Positions 10,915 through 22,501 of a DNA stretch of 47,673 nucleotides are shown piece after piece (the first letter of the stretch is position 1; each line of letters starts with the position of its first letter). Under the pieces are notes generated by a model, which did no database searches, had not been told where the DNA came from, and was given only the letters and a program-made list of their open reading frames with translations. A program made the translations under genes and the position numbers. This stretch comes from an uncultured Nitrososphaerales archaeon (GTDB lineage Archaea; Thermoproteota; Nitrososphaeria; Nitrososphaerales; Nitrososphaeraceae): the NCBI GenBank assembly GCA_963709405.1, contig CAVPXM010000023.1:1-47673 (forward strand), written 5' to 3'.

Positions 10915-11209
10915 GATTGAATTTTATCAAGCTTACGATTTATAGGCTATAGAATGTTTGTGGAATTGACTGGTGTTTGAAGAGATATCGGTGCCGAAAG
11001 TAGGTTCCTAGACTAGGATGGAGTAACTAATTCAAGATTTTCCATTCAGAAAGAAACCATTAGAAAATAGGGCTGCTACCTTCCTTTACTCCTTCTAATA
11101 GGCTCTTCATTCCTTATACGATAAAAAGCATCCCTATATGCCTCATAACCTTTAGCGCTTGCGACATTGGTTCATTTCCTATCTGGCGATAATATTCACG
11201 CTGTTCCTT

Positions 11210-11520
11210 GAGCCACGAACAGAACACATCCAACACATTAGAATGCAAGGCAACAAGAACAATAACAAAATGGAACGCATGAATGGAGAGATAAGAGACA
11301 GAGAAAAGACAATGGGAGGATTAAAGCGACAAGATACACCAATCCTTAAGGGCTATCAAATTTACCACAACTATGTAAGACCACATGAAGGGCTAAACGG
11401 TAAGCCATCTGATGTGAGTGGATTAAGATAGAAGGAGAAAACAAATGGATCACACTGATACAGAACGCAATCCAAAAAAAAGAATTAGGGTTTACGTTTA
11501 ACTATTTGTCGCCAGTCCTA
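11210..11520 (+). mobile_element. DDE transposase C-terminal remnant (IS6/ISH6-like)
   Basis: NNNKMERMNGEIRDREK...YQIYHNYVRPHEGLNGK, continuing out of frame as IEGENKWITLIQNA. Possible terminus TTTGTCGCCAGTCC at 11505-11518. Confidence 0.8.
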
Positions 11521-11578
11521 AGTAGAGTGTATCTCCAGCAGGAGACAAAAATAAGTTCATAGTCTATCCATTCTGAGA

Positions 11579-12158
11579 TTATACACTTCCTGGATATAAC
11601 CAATGTCGCAGCAAACGATTCACAATAGGGAGTACAAAATAGGTAAGTAAAACAACCAGTATTGCAGAATAAATTACAGCATTACCAAGTATCGGCCACT
11701 GTCCTATGAAAGAATTAAGAATAGATCGTGATGACAAGCTGATGAGTGTACGCAGCGAAGAAGATAACAATAGCCATTTTCCATCTGGGTGGCGGGGATT
11801 GACTAAGAGTCTTCAAGTCTGGTAATGTAAACCACGTTTCCAAACCAGTGGATGTATCGTAATGTCGTGTAGAATAACCATTTGCTTCCTTTAGTAGCCT
11901 TAGTGATTCTTCTGAGTTATCCCATCTCTCCATAGCAACTTTATCAGCAAAACGGCGGATAATATACCGCAATGGCGATTTGATACCTCCCGGGATGATT
12001 ATTGTAGTACCAAGGTAGCCAGGAGCTTTTCTTTCTAATGTCAAATAACGCCGAATCCAATCGTTGTAATCTTTTTCATGACCTGGTCTTATCTTCCTAC
12101 AAATTACAGTTGTAACTTCGTTTTGATAATCCGTTGGCAATTCTATGACAACATACAT
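11579..12158 (-). CDS. ABM-fold domain plus C-terminal membrane helices, +1 frameshift near 11746
   Basis: IRPGHEKDY..W...APGYLG, TGLETWF and PPPRWKMA; second frame gives VVLLTYFVLP...LLRHWLYP. Confidence 0.8.
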
Positions 12159-12243
12159 CCAACCTGTTTTTATGCTTAAATGCTCGGGACTAGTTACGGT
12201 ACATCTGCAACTACTTTTTAGGTTACAATCTGGTCTTAAGTTT

Positions 12244-12325
12244 GTGAGAAATGTAAAGTTGTTTATTGGTTCAAGCCTTGACGGCTACATTGCCGAGAGG
12301 GGATGGTTCTACAGATTGGCTAATA
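12244..12325 (+). pseudogene. N-terminal scrap of a dihydrofolate reductase/RibD C-terminal family gene
   Basis: RNVKLFIGSSLDGYIA, then frameshifted DGSTDWL. Confidence 0.7.
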
Positions 12326-12539
12326 TTCTGCAATTTACTTATTTGTAATTGCCATCAACTCTTAAGTGATTTGCTTGCATCGTAAAAAAATAATATTAAA
12401 TAGACTATACTAATTATAGAACAAATATCTGATTTAAGATGTCATAAAATAACTCCGAATGCAGATTAACCTTATAACAAATCATTCCTTGATGAATATT
12501 CAGTGATTGACAATACCTCAAAAGAGATGAAGTAAATGA

Positions 12540-12815
12540 GTGTTAACTCGATACAATCATGGTAAAAAGTATAAAGCAGCAATTATTTTTCCTTGCTCCA
12601 ATTGTGGCTCGCATAATTTCATATCTTTTCAGAGAATCCTGATTAATAATTACAACTGCGTTCAAAAGGCAAAGTGTCAAATATGCAAATTCGAATGGAT
12701 TGAGTTCTGGTACAAGCCAGAACAAAGTCAATCCTTCTATCAGCAGCAGTGTTTATCATCAAGGAAATATAATAAATATGAAGACAAACGCACATTGATG
12801 CTAAATGAAAAATAG
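12540..12815 (+). CDS. Small putative Zn-ribbon protein
   Basis: FPCSNCGS...AKCQICKFEWIEFW gives two CxxC pairs; start uncertain. Confidence 0.5.
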   Translation: MLTRYNHGKKYKAAIIFPCSNCGSHNFISFQRILINNYNCVQKAKCQICKFEWIEFWYKPEQSQSFYQQQCLSSRKYNKYEDKRTLMLNEK

Positions 12816-12960
12816 CCATTATCAGAATTAGAAATCGCTGCGTAGCGGCTCCAAAGATAGACACAACAGCCCCCATTTAGCAATTAACTTTGGATATATT
12901 TTTTAGTTGTTTTACTAGTAGCATCGAGACTTTTCCCAGAAGAGCGGTTAACTATTTGTT

Positions 12961-13902
12961 TTAATTATCATTTTTTGACATTGTTGTATGAGGAACAATT
13001 CTGTATATGGAACCTTGGGTTTTGTGAAATGTGACAATGTAGAGATAACCATCATATGGCCCTACTTCAATGTCTGTAATACCAGCAAATCCATTAGCAA
13101 ACACTACTTTATTGCGTTCCTCTTCAGTATCCGCTATTTTATCAGCAAGGGAACCATTGAGGAGTAACGATGTTCTATTTTTGTTCAGGTCAAAATGGTA
13201 AATATTCCCATTATTAATATCGCCCACAAATATTGTATTTTGATATTGCTTTCCCAATTTATCAGAATTCAAAAATTTTAAAGCTGTAACCCCTATCGTT
13301 TGCTTCCAAGTAAATTCAGGAGGACTGTACTTTCCTTTTCCTCCGAAATCTACCAAGCCCTCTGGTGGTGTTGAAGCAACAGGCCCACCAAAATATGTTT
13401 GCGGAATCCAAATCCCTTGAACCTTGACCCAGCCACTATTAAACCCTGGTTCAACTAGATTTATTTCATCACCGAATCCAGGCCCATTTTCAGTATCCCA
13501 CAATTTTTTGGTCAAAGGGTCAAAGTCCATACCAAAACTATTACGAATACCGTAGGCATAATACTTGTTTACAGGACTAGTTGTTCCGAGAATTCCATTA
13601 CCTACTGGTTTACCATCTTGAGTAATTCTATATATTACACTGGTGCCATCGGATGGTGGACCGTTACCTACATTTTGTGTGTATGTTCTACTACCATCCA
13701 CATCTCCAACAATCACATATACGTTATTATCCGGACCAATCAGGACTTTGCCAGCGTTATGGTGAGGACCTGGAATAGCAGGTAAATCAAGAAGTAATTT
13801 TCCTTTTACTAGTGTATTATTCTCTAACTCGTATCTGTAAAGACGATTACCAATCGGTTTTTTACCTTCTAATCATCACCATCTTTTGTTTGTGACTCGG
13901 TA
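12961..13902 (-). pseudogene. PQQ-dependent glucose/sorbosone dehydrogenase family gene lacking its N-terminus
   Basis: NRLYRYEL...HHNAGKVLIGPD, YAYGIRNSFGMDFDP, WDTENGP..GDEINL and GFNSGW. Frameshift near 13870; N-terminus replaced by unrelated DNA. Confidence 0.88.
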
Positions 13903-13914
13903 ATGGACTTCAAG

Positions 13915-13998
13915 TGTTGGCCCGAAGCTCTCGTGGTTTAGAAACCCAGCCGGCAACATATTCTCTGTGCTTGAAGAGAACTACTCATTTAATTACTA
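13915..13998 (+). pseudogene. C-terminal scrap of a VOC/glyoxalase gene
   Basis: GPKLSWFRNPAGNIFSVLEE matches the WFxDPxGN motif. Confidence 0.6.
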
Positions 13999-14199
13999 AT
14001 GAGCTAGACTAGTGTAGCTATCCTGTCTATCATGTCCGTTGTTTTAGTTATGAAATCCCACACCATTAACTGATTTTTTAAACACCATCTTTCTACGAAT
14101 ATAATCATGTAATTTCATTGTTCACATGTCCTTCAAAATGTTCGGTGATGCACCAAGCAAAAATAAAAAAACAGCATTTGTAGCTATACACTAGTCCTA

Positions 14200-14391
14200 T
14201 TGCAGGATCAAGATAGCATTAGAGATCTTTTGAATCAAGTCGTTCAAGCTGTGAATAGTAAAGACGATAAAAATCGCTATTTTGACCTTCACGATGACTC
14301 TGTCATCACTCATGGTGTTCCTAATAATTTTCCAACCACAAAAGAGGGCATGAGATTTATAACTAAAAAATTCAAAGCGCTTCGAGGATAG
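14200..14391 (+). pseudogene. N-terminal fragment of a SnoaL-like ester cyclase
   Basis: QAVNSKDD..YFDLHDDSVITHGVP..FPTTKEGM; truncated. Confidence 0.55.
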
Positions 14392-14560
14392 CCTTTAATC
14401 ATGATTGAAGAAGTTAACAGGAGTGCCAACTAAAAATGCTAATGTCTATGATAGGTATAACTCATTATGCCATCACCATTAAACGAACCCAAAACTCAGC
14501 TGGCTTTATGAAGAATTTACACCTTGGTGCATACATTTTTCTAGTTGTGAAAACGCGTTT

Positions 14561-14764
14561 CTAGTTGTCTTGATATATTGAAGGATCTGGATTTAGTAGG
14601 TGAGGAGTTGCGGATATGTTGAGAATGATGTCTCCTTCCTGTCTAAGGTGTTCTCGTAAATTCATAACGTGATGATCACAAGCATAAAGTCTGATAAGAT
14701 CAATAGTTTCAAAACACCAATCTGCGATATTATTACATTCGGAATAATAGCAAAACTTATTCAT
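14561..14764 (-). CDS. Small Cys/His-rich hypothetical protein
   Basis: C-x4-C...ACDHH; its start overlaps the upstream stop (ATGA). Confidence 0.6.
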   Translation of the reverse strand: MNKFCYYSECNNIADWCFETIDLIRLYACDHHVMNLREHLRQEGDIILNISATPHLLNPDPSIYQDN

Positions 14765-14920
14765 TTCTGTTCGTCCATTATGAATCTAGAACAATCACAA
14801 TCTAAACAAAAGACAACGGGCGTAACCTTTCCATGTTTCACGCTCTTAATTGTTGTAAACATATGATATAATCTTGTATGTTTGCACCTGCAAACTGCTG
14901 TCTCACTCGTGTCATTTCAC
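14761..14920 (-). CDS. About 52-aa Cys/His microprotein (CxCxH-x4-H...CxxCxC); the start needs a 1-nt correction
   Basis: NDTSETAVCRCKHTRLYHMF...FCLDCDCSRFIMDEQK*. GTG at 14920 is in frame if one A of an AAA run is removed. Confidence 0.55.
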
Positions 14921-15089
14921 GCCCAAGCCAGTTTTTTTACAATAGCACATTTGTATTCACACGATTTAGATATTCTCTTTATCACAATCATTCATCTTCC
15001 TCTCCATTAGAATATGAAATTTAAAAGTATTATACGCTACTTATAATTTGTCTGGAAACTGTTATACATATGCAAAATGCCAAGCAACG

Positions 15090-15515
15090 CCTAACAAACC
15101 CCAAAAGTGGCATTCTGATAATCATTCTAAGACTTGGGTATGAGCTACCCCACATTGACTTGAGCTAAAATAATGGTAAGAACTGTTCCAACTTCTTAGG
15201 TATTACCTAAGCAAATACCAAATTCATTCTTACCCACAGCTACAAGGGAAAATAGAAGCATATAACAAGATAGTGAAAAATGAGTTTCTAGCAATAGAAG
15301 AAAGATATACCAAACATAAATGATGGTAAGCTAAGATATGATATGTTTATAAAAGCGTACAATGAAACGAGAGAACATGGAGGAATAAATGGTCTTACTC
15401 CATCAGAGATGTTTCTACAAAGATTAATTACATCCACCATAAGTATAAGAACTAAGCAGCAAAGTGTAACCCATGTAGGTACTTAATAATGTAACCTATC
15501 TGTGCAGGTACAACA
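15090..15515 (+). mobile_element. IS481-family transposase 3' remnant with right end
   Basis: YPQLQGKIEAYNKIVKNEF...YNETREHGGINGLTPSE. End TGTAACC...GGTACAACA has the 3'-ACA terminus typical of IS481. Confidence 0.8.
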
Positions 15516-15759
15516 ATTAGGTATCTTTGGCATGCTAACACACACCAGGTGTTGCGACTTGCCACGTTTAGATCTATCCAAGTACTTTCATATGTTGGGT
15601 GGATTGATGGGGTCAATCATGATGTCATCAACCTTCTATTCCATAGACATAGTCTTCAGTAATGCGTCGAAATTATTTTGCTCATATTGATACACACCAT
15701 TTTCATTCCTTGAAGCAGTTATTAATTTATACTTAAATACCCTAAGAAAAGTGCTACTT

Positions 15760-15921
15760 ATGAGAAGTGACCGCCTCTACATATTCCTAAAAACAAACCT
15801 TTTTGTTATTCCAATAATTCTTGCTTCATTGGTTTTAATTCTTGGGGCTATTGGTGTGTATCTAGCCGAACATAACCAACCAGGTGCTAATATAACTAAA
15901 TTAGGTGATGCCTTTTGGTGA
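15760..15921 (+). pseudogene. N-terminal fragment of a potassium channel gene
   Basis: TM helix then AEHNQPGANITKLGDAFW*; stops before the pore signature. Confidence 0.7.
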
Positions 15922-16296
15922 TTAGCTATAAAAATATTCTATTAACATGTGGGTGGACATGTTAACAAATCATTTAATGCTCAGTTCTAATCGACTTAAT
16001 AATATCGAATAACTAATAGAATTTTCGAGGAGCCCTGAGAAATGATAGTAGCTATTAATACAAGGGTGGGATAATTGGGTAAGCCATTCCAAGAGCTTGG
16101 GGGTTCAAATACATACATTATAGATAGTTATAACAAAGTCATTAGAGACGAAGCAGGTTGTATTTGGTATGACATACGATACTCTAGGCACAACGGTGAT
16201 GAAGAGAACAAGAATTGATTTCTGATGTACTATGCTTTTGATTATATTCAATAACTGCCTGAAAAGTATAATAAAGATTATAATATATCAAGGATA

Positions 16297-16734
16297 ATGA
16301 GACAAGAACATGTAACTCTGCAAAATGTAGAGGTTTCACAAGTATATGATCAAATCAAAAAATATCTCCAAGGGCTCAAACTGGACATAATCCATGAAGA
16401 GAAAATTGAAAATTATTGGAATATTAAGGCGCATAAGGGTACTAAAGGTAGTGTTATCATTGGGAATGTAAGAGATGTTGAGGTAATGATAAGCGGCAGT
16501 GAAGGTAATTATGATTTAATCTTGCGAACTGGTGCGTGGGGTAAAGACATAATCGTTCCAACAGCTATAGCAGGTGTTCTGACTGCAGGAGTAGCTGTAA
16601 TTCCTGTAGCTGCAGTGTCAGGATATAGAGCACACGCGTTTGAGAAAAATTTCTGGAACTTTATCAAAAAGACACTGGCCGACACCGGAAATGCAAATGC
16701 AATAATGTCTGACCCAGTAACGGTAACGCATTAA
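16297..16734 (+). CDS. Hypothetical protein with a hydrophobic Gly/Ala segment
   Basis: Intact 145-aa ORF with a TATA-like sequence (TATAATAA) about 28 nt upstream. Confidence 0.75.
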   Translation: MRQEHVTLQNVEVSQVYDQIKKYLQGLKLDIIHEEKIENYWNIKAHKGTKGSVIIGNVRDVEVMISGSEGNYDLILRTGAWGKDIIVPTAIAGVLTAGVAVIPVAAVSGYRAHAFEKNFWNFIKKTLADTGNANAIMSDPVTVTH

Positions 16735-17007
16735 ATTAACAACATTCAAGACCTGGCTGATAAAAATATCAAATAAGGTAATGGTAAAGGAAATTAATGA
16801 TTTAGCTTAGGTATTGATTGTTCCAACCATTTTTTGTACAAACAAATCATTTATACAAACAAATCGTACTATCCACGACTATTGCTTACTTTAAGGATTT
16901 ACTAAGTTAGATATGTATTACTATAGGTATCAAAACTGAATGTCACAAAAAAGATATTATTCTAAATTCCCTTTTCAATTACCGGATTCTTCGAAAAGCT
17001 AAAGGCG

Positions 17008-17298
17008 TTACTTCCTAACAAGGAGTCGCCACAAATCTTTCGATTCTTCTAGAACCAATAACTCCCAATTGCGATTCTCGCATACAGCGGGTATGGATTT
17101 CAGGGCTGATTCATCGCTATCCGTTACAATCTCAAGCACCGACCCAGCACCGAGGGCATTCATCGCCTTTACGGTCTCAAATGATGGATAAGGACAAGCC
17201 ATTCCTCTACAATCAAATGATTTTTCAATAGACGCGACTATTAAATCGCCTGAGGATTTGTCTATCAATACTTTTAGATCCTTTAACATTCTTGCCAT
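17008..17298 (-). CDS. tusA: TusA/SirA-family sulfur carrier protein
   Basis: FDCRGMACPYP, GSVLEIVTD and IPAVC. The start is likely 17298 or later rather than 17463. Confidence 0.88.
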   Translation of the reverse strand: MARMLKDLKVLIDKSSGDLIVASIEKSFDCRGMACPYPSFETVKAMNALGAGSVLEIVTDSDESALKSIPAVCENRNWELLVLEESKDLWRLLVRK

Positions 17299-17317
17299 AT
17301 TTGAATCACTAGTTACT

Positions 17318-17711
17318 TTATATAAATAGTGCCATTCCTCCATTCTTTGACGCTGGCAAAGCGAGCCTTTAGAAATCCAATTACGTCCTCGAACTGCACT
17401 CCGTCTTCCAAAGTATCTTTCGTAATGCCCATTTGCGAGAGCATCTCTTTTGATGGTCCACATGCTGTGACTTCTACGCCTGCATTGATTGCGTCTTCAA
17501 GATATTTCGATAAAGGGGGTGCGCCTGGCATTGTTATCTTGGAAGCGCCTCCCTTCTTAACGAGTTCCAGCCCACTCATTGTACAATATAGTTTGCACTT
17601 TGCGCCCATAGCGATAGCACCTAATGCAAGTGTGAATGCAGGATACGCTCTATTTGGGTCGTTCGATACAAGCACGATATGGATCTCTTGCTGACGTCCG
17701 ATTTCTGACAC
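17318..17711 (-). CDS. DsrE/DsrF-like protein, probable +1 frameshift near 17366
   Basis: RAYPAFTLALGAIAMG, LYCTMSGL and AINAGVEVTACGPS. The corrected end reads LALPASKNGGMALFI*. Confidence 0.85.
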
Positions 17712-18369
17712 ATTCTATGATAGTCTATTTTGATCTAAAAAAGATTTTGATTTCGTACATGAAGGCACTCAATTTAGATAGTTAGGTATGATTGATTCGG
17801 AATTTGAATTCAAATTGTGTGCAGGACCGGTGGATTAACATTACCAAGTTTATGTCCTGAAACTATAAGATATATCTGAAGGATCCAAACAAACCATAGA
17901 ACAACAATGCTATTTCATAGCTCTCGTGTCGTGGTAACATTTAGATCCATAACTCTGAACTGAGCCGGGATGTTTTGTCAAAGGCTTACAATTATTTTAT
18001 AGTACTATAAGCTTTGTGGTAGGTTGGATCGCTTAACAAGTAAGATGCTGTAACTTGCCTATGGTATAATTATTTATTTTCGTGAGTCCTTGGACTCGCA
18101 GAGATATAAAAGCCTTAGGCCCGGAGGAAGGATATTGTACTTACCAACTAATCGACCTTCATAAATGGTAAAGTCCTATATGCAACGTTGAGCAACGTAC
18201 CCTCAGGGTCGATCTAGTTATGATATCCAGTAGAGGATATAAATTGTATTGACTGGCGTATATGCGCTACGACCAGATCAGCATAATCAATGAGTTCATA
18301 TATATTCGTACACTCTCCCTGGCAATTTAGAACTGACAAGGCCTAAATATAATACAGCCCACTATCAAA

Positions 18370-18783
18370 GTGATGTCTAAACTCGACAATAATGGTTTTG
18401 TTGAAGTTGCAAAAGCAAGTGAAATCCCTAATGGAAAGACAAAGCATATTGAACTGGAAGGGAAGGAAATCGCTCTAGTTAATGTGAATGGAACGTTCTA
18501 CGCAATTGCTGACAGATGTGGACACATGAATGCGTTGCTTTCGTTAGGTAATGTTACTGAAAACACTATAACCTGTCCCTTTCACGGAGCTAAGTTCGAT
18601 GTTAGGACTGGGAGAAAAATTGGAGAACCGATTTTGAACCCTCCGCAAGAAATGGAACCGTTACCAAAAACATGGCAAAAATATATGGAGCATATTGGCC
18701 AGCTGATGTCCCATATCGGGACGTATGATCAGGAAGTTTATCAGATTAAGGTTGAAGGCGACAAAATCAGAATAAAAATTTAG
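18370..18783 (+). CDS. Rieske [2Fe-2S] ferredoxin
   Basis: CGH...CPFHGAKFD (CxH-x16-CxxH). Confidence 0.93.
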   Translation: MMSKLDNNGFVEVAKASEIPNGKTKHIELEGKEIALVNVNGTFYAIADRCGHMNALLSLGNVTENTITCPFHGAKFDVRTGRKIGEPILNPPQEMEPLPKTWQKYMEHIGQLMSHIGTYDQEVYQIKVEGDKIRIKI

Positions 18784-18815
18784 TGAGTTAAATTCTACAA
18801 AAATTACCCCTTGCG

Positions 18816-19124
18816 CTACCTCAGTTCATAGCCGAAGACAGTGTAATCACTCCTTTCCAGCTCACTATCCATCATTTGTTGTATTTTATGCAAGATTTGG
18901 AAGTAATGTTCGTCACCTGAATAATATGAATCCATATCTTCCTTACTTTCCCATACTGTGATATTTGTTGCGATGAGCGAATCATTTGAATCAAGCATTA
19001 GCATGAAGCCTTTGAAGCCCTTAACTTTATTAACATTAGAGTTCCAAAAGTCAGATACCATTTTCAAACCCTCCTCTTTTTGAGCCGGCTTGAAATGACC
19101 ACTAATTTTTTTGGCGTAGTACAT
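18816..19124 (-). CDS. ABM (dimeric alpha-beta barrel) family protein
   Basis: KVKGFKGF...ITVWESKEDMD. Confidence 0.75.
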   Translation of the reverse strand: MYYAKKISGHFKPAQKEEGLKMVSDFWNSNVNKVKGFKGFMLMLDSNDSLIATNITVWESKEDMDSYYSGDEHYFQILHKIQQMMDSELERSDYTVFGYELR

Positions 19125-20316
19125 TATGATGTTGATATCCTGTCAAATTATTATCTTTTACCATGTTACGATAGTAATACTTGTGATATCATTAAATCCA
19201 CTTGGCCGCGTCCTGCAATGTGACGTCTCGAATAGCCTCTTGTCGCATCCTCGAATCTATTTTCATTGATCGAAGTTCTATAAATTCAAGAGTGAGAGAA
19301 TTAAAAGTACTTGTTTGTCTTCTGCCTTAAATTATAAAAACAATGTTGGACCTCCTCCATTGCCATGCCTGCTCCATTTCTGATTACCTCTATTTGAGTA
19401 ATTTGAGCGTGGAACTCTCCAATATGAGAATTATCTATAAATCGCTTCTTACCAGCAGATCATTTTAATATCGATGAGAGCGGAATGGATGACCGATCTA
19501 CTTACCAGATCATGGTTTATGGATTGTTGACACCGGGTTCTTGTTTGTGGTATCGTGCTAGTTGGCATACTATCGGTATTTATGTGCTAATTCACAATTA
19601 AATCTTAACAGAAGAGTGTTATCCTTTCTCTCATATTAGCTAAAACATCCAATCTCGCGTATGTAGAAAGCCAAGCATAAATAGAAGAATGCGAACTCTG
19701 TCAAAGATGATTTATTCCTCTCTGAAGGTCAATTCATGTGGATTTAGAACATGGCTGAACTGGTTGCTACTTCCGCGCATTTAAGCTGTAATTAACACGA
19801 ACATAATAGTGTGCATGTCTTGTTCGCAGATGTTGATTCGACAAGGATTAATTAGCAATTTGCACGCCAGTCATTAACTCTCATACGGTTCAAAAACCCG
19901 AGCATCTTGTCACCAACGGAATAAAATCCTTATTTAGTGACGATTTCACAGTTCATAACTTTGAGAGCAAATTAAGCCCTTAATTACCATGCTCCTTACA
20001 ATAATAATCCTTATGATCGAGTGGTTCTTCAATTGCACTTTGGCTCAGTAATAAATCACCTGTGCATCTCTGATTACCTGCCGCAATTAATGGTAACTCC
20101 GGGATCTTCCATAAAAAATAGCATCGATTTAGTATTCATATTCCGGCCTGAGTTAGGTCTTTAATTATTTACTTAAGTAATGCTTGCATTTACATAGTGA
20201 CACCTATCTTTCAATAGCAGTTGGACAGACTTTTCGTAACTCAAAAAGGAATTTGGTTTCAAAGGGAACGCAGAAAAGGCTTGTCATGTACTTTGTCAAT
20301 AGATAATTTGCATCGA

Positions 20317-20583
20317 CTAATATTTTTTAACGACCTGGCATATAGCATTGATCATATGATCGCCTTTTAACTTCCTTATTATGTAATAATGATTCTTACA
20401 TACGAAAAATGATGTATTGAATCCACCCTTCGCACCAAGTTGTAAAGAATAATCGGCGTCCCGCGAACATAGGTTACAATTGTTAATTAGTTTGTTTCCG
20501 AGCATGTTTAACACTAATGTGATAAATGGTAGTCTGATGTACCTAGCATCAACACTGATTCTCTCATTAACCCCGGATATCAC
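20317..20583 (-). CDS. Possible small Cys/His-rich protein
   Basis: CNLC...FFVCKNH; start probably at the internal Met (MLGNK). Confidence 0.35.
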   Translation of the reverse strand: MISGVNERISVDARYIRLPFITLVLNMLGNKLINNCNLCSRDADYSLQLGAKGGFNTSFFVCKNHYYIIRKLKGDHMINAICQVVKKY

Positions 20584-21327
20584 TAATGTGTATTTTAACT
20601 TTTCAGAGTGGAGTTAGATTATCTAAATTATTTCGTAGTTTATTCTCGATTATCTAACTATCTGTGATTAAAAGTCTAGATTGTACTCTTCATAAATTAA
20701 TTATAATACAAAGTCCTTTCACAATGCAAGTATTATTCGACTATATTTGAGGATAGTAGATGCATGTTAACTAATCATTAGGTGCGAACTTAGTGCTCGA
20801 TAAATACCTAATTAACAATCCTCCATTATTTTCTGATGTTTTTTATTAATAGTCACATGAAGTCTGATCGTGTCCGCCTACTATTCAGTTTTTATATAAA
20901 AAAGTTATTGCCAGATACCTTTGTATCAGCTACACTATACGTACTTATTCAATTTAAATTAATTCTTAATGATCGAAATGTGGGAATTAAGATTTCGCAA
21001 TGAGGAACCAATAATCATGCTTATTACCACCTAATAGCTTTTTCAGAGTGATTAATTATGATTACCTACGTAAAGAACTCGACAGGTGCAACCATAGCAC
21101 ATGATATAAATCGTATTACAATTTTCGATTTAAGATAGAGGTAAGACTATAGGTACTATTATATAATTAAGGGAGTCTTGCTGAATCTGTTAATATACAT
21201 GTAATTACTTAATCAAAATCTTGACTTATACGTGTACGTGCAGAGCTGCGACAATGACAGACATGTTTATCTAATTCTTGATGGATACTTAGATAATATG
21301 TTTGAAATCAAGTTTGGGGAGTCTAAA

Positions 21328-22054
21328 ATGAGTCTTGGTCTTGTTGTTGTCGATATGCAGAACGGTTTTGTGGCGAAGGATGGATCATACGATAAGCTTG
21401 GAATGAATACTCCAGCCTATCGAGAGATTATCCCTAAGGTAAGAGAACTTATAGACCTGTGTAAATTGTTAGGCATACCAGTCTTCTTCACTGAATCAGT
21501 GCGCGAAGCAAGTGGAATTGATCTTTTGACCAAAATCCATCTATTGTTACCAAAATCTAGGGAAGAGAGATTGAAGATACCTATATGCGTAAGAGGAACA
21601 TGGGATGCCGAAACAATTGATGAAGTTAAAACCTCAAGATGATGATCACGTCATCATAAAAAGGAGGGATTCGGCCTTTCAAGACACTGAATTAAGAGTG
21701 TGGTTACAAAGCGAGGGAATAAATACTTTAATCTTCTGTGGGATTGATACATCAATATGTGTCGAAACTTCTATAAGAGATGCTTTCAATTTAGGTTATG
21801 ATATTGTCCTGATTTCAGATGCTACTGCATCAGGGATAAAGAGCCATTATGAAACGACGCTTGCCAGGGTACAAGATTATTACGGATTGCAAATGACTCA
21901 CGAGAGATTTACAAAAATGGTAAATAATTTGAATAGGATGAAGGAACGGTCAGCTAACTTGCTAGATCACAGGGAACAGCTAGACAAGTTCATAGATGAG
22001 TTTGGCCTTTTAGATTTTCGAAAATTCAGGGAAGTACCTCTCCAAACAACCTGA
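21328..22054 (+). CDS. Isochorismatase/cysteine hydrolase (RutB-like), +1 frameshift at 21628-21631
   Basis: LVVVDMQNGF, GTWDAE, KRRDSAF and GIDTSICVETSIRDAF (D-K-C triad). Removing one A restores EVKPQDD. Confidence 0.9.
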
Positions 22055-22501
22055 CCAGGCCCTGTTGAAGGTTTTGTGAAGCGTATCGAAGACCTTCATG
22101 AGAACGAGCTAGCTTATAGATCGTTATTAGCACAAAGGTGTCTTCTCTTTTCGCATACTATTTCGAAACCTTCACTAAGACTTTTGAAAATTTGTTTATT
22201 CTGTTTTTCAATTGACGGTATAGCATTGTGTTTACTTACTCTAACCTGACTCACAATCTGTGTAGCTAGTCAATGGTCTATAATTCAATTCACCAACTTC
22301 AATAATAACTGGTCACAATAGAGGTGACAAGAGCTTTTTGATATCAACTAGCCTTTTAGATTCATCCAGATGAACTCTACGCTCTCATTACGAAATATTG
22401 TGGTTCCAAGGAAGTGATGGAACCTGACTCGCCTTAGTCTCTAGATTTTTGCTTTAAATCGATTAGTTGGGATGGGTCCCTAACACAGAGTCTGTTATGA
22501 C

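Noticed and set aside
16095-16115. GGTTCAAAT T-loop-like motif
   Set aside because: No T-stem, acceptor stem or D-arm can be formed around it.
17299-17463. N-terminal extension of TusA in the ORF track
   Set aside because: It overlaps the dsrE-like gene in another frame; the TusA domain begins downstream.
19200-21200. 2-kb nearly ORF-free stretch as an ncRNA or origin
   Set aside because: No GC-rich stems, repeats or ORB-like boxes were seen; probably decayed gene debris.
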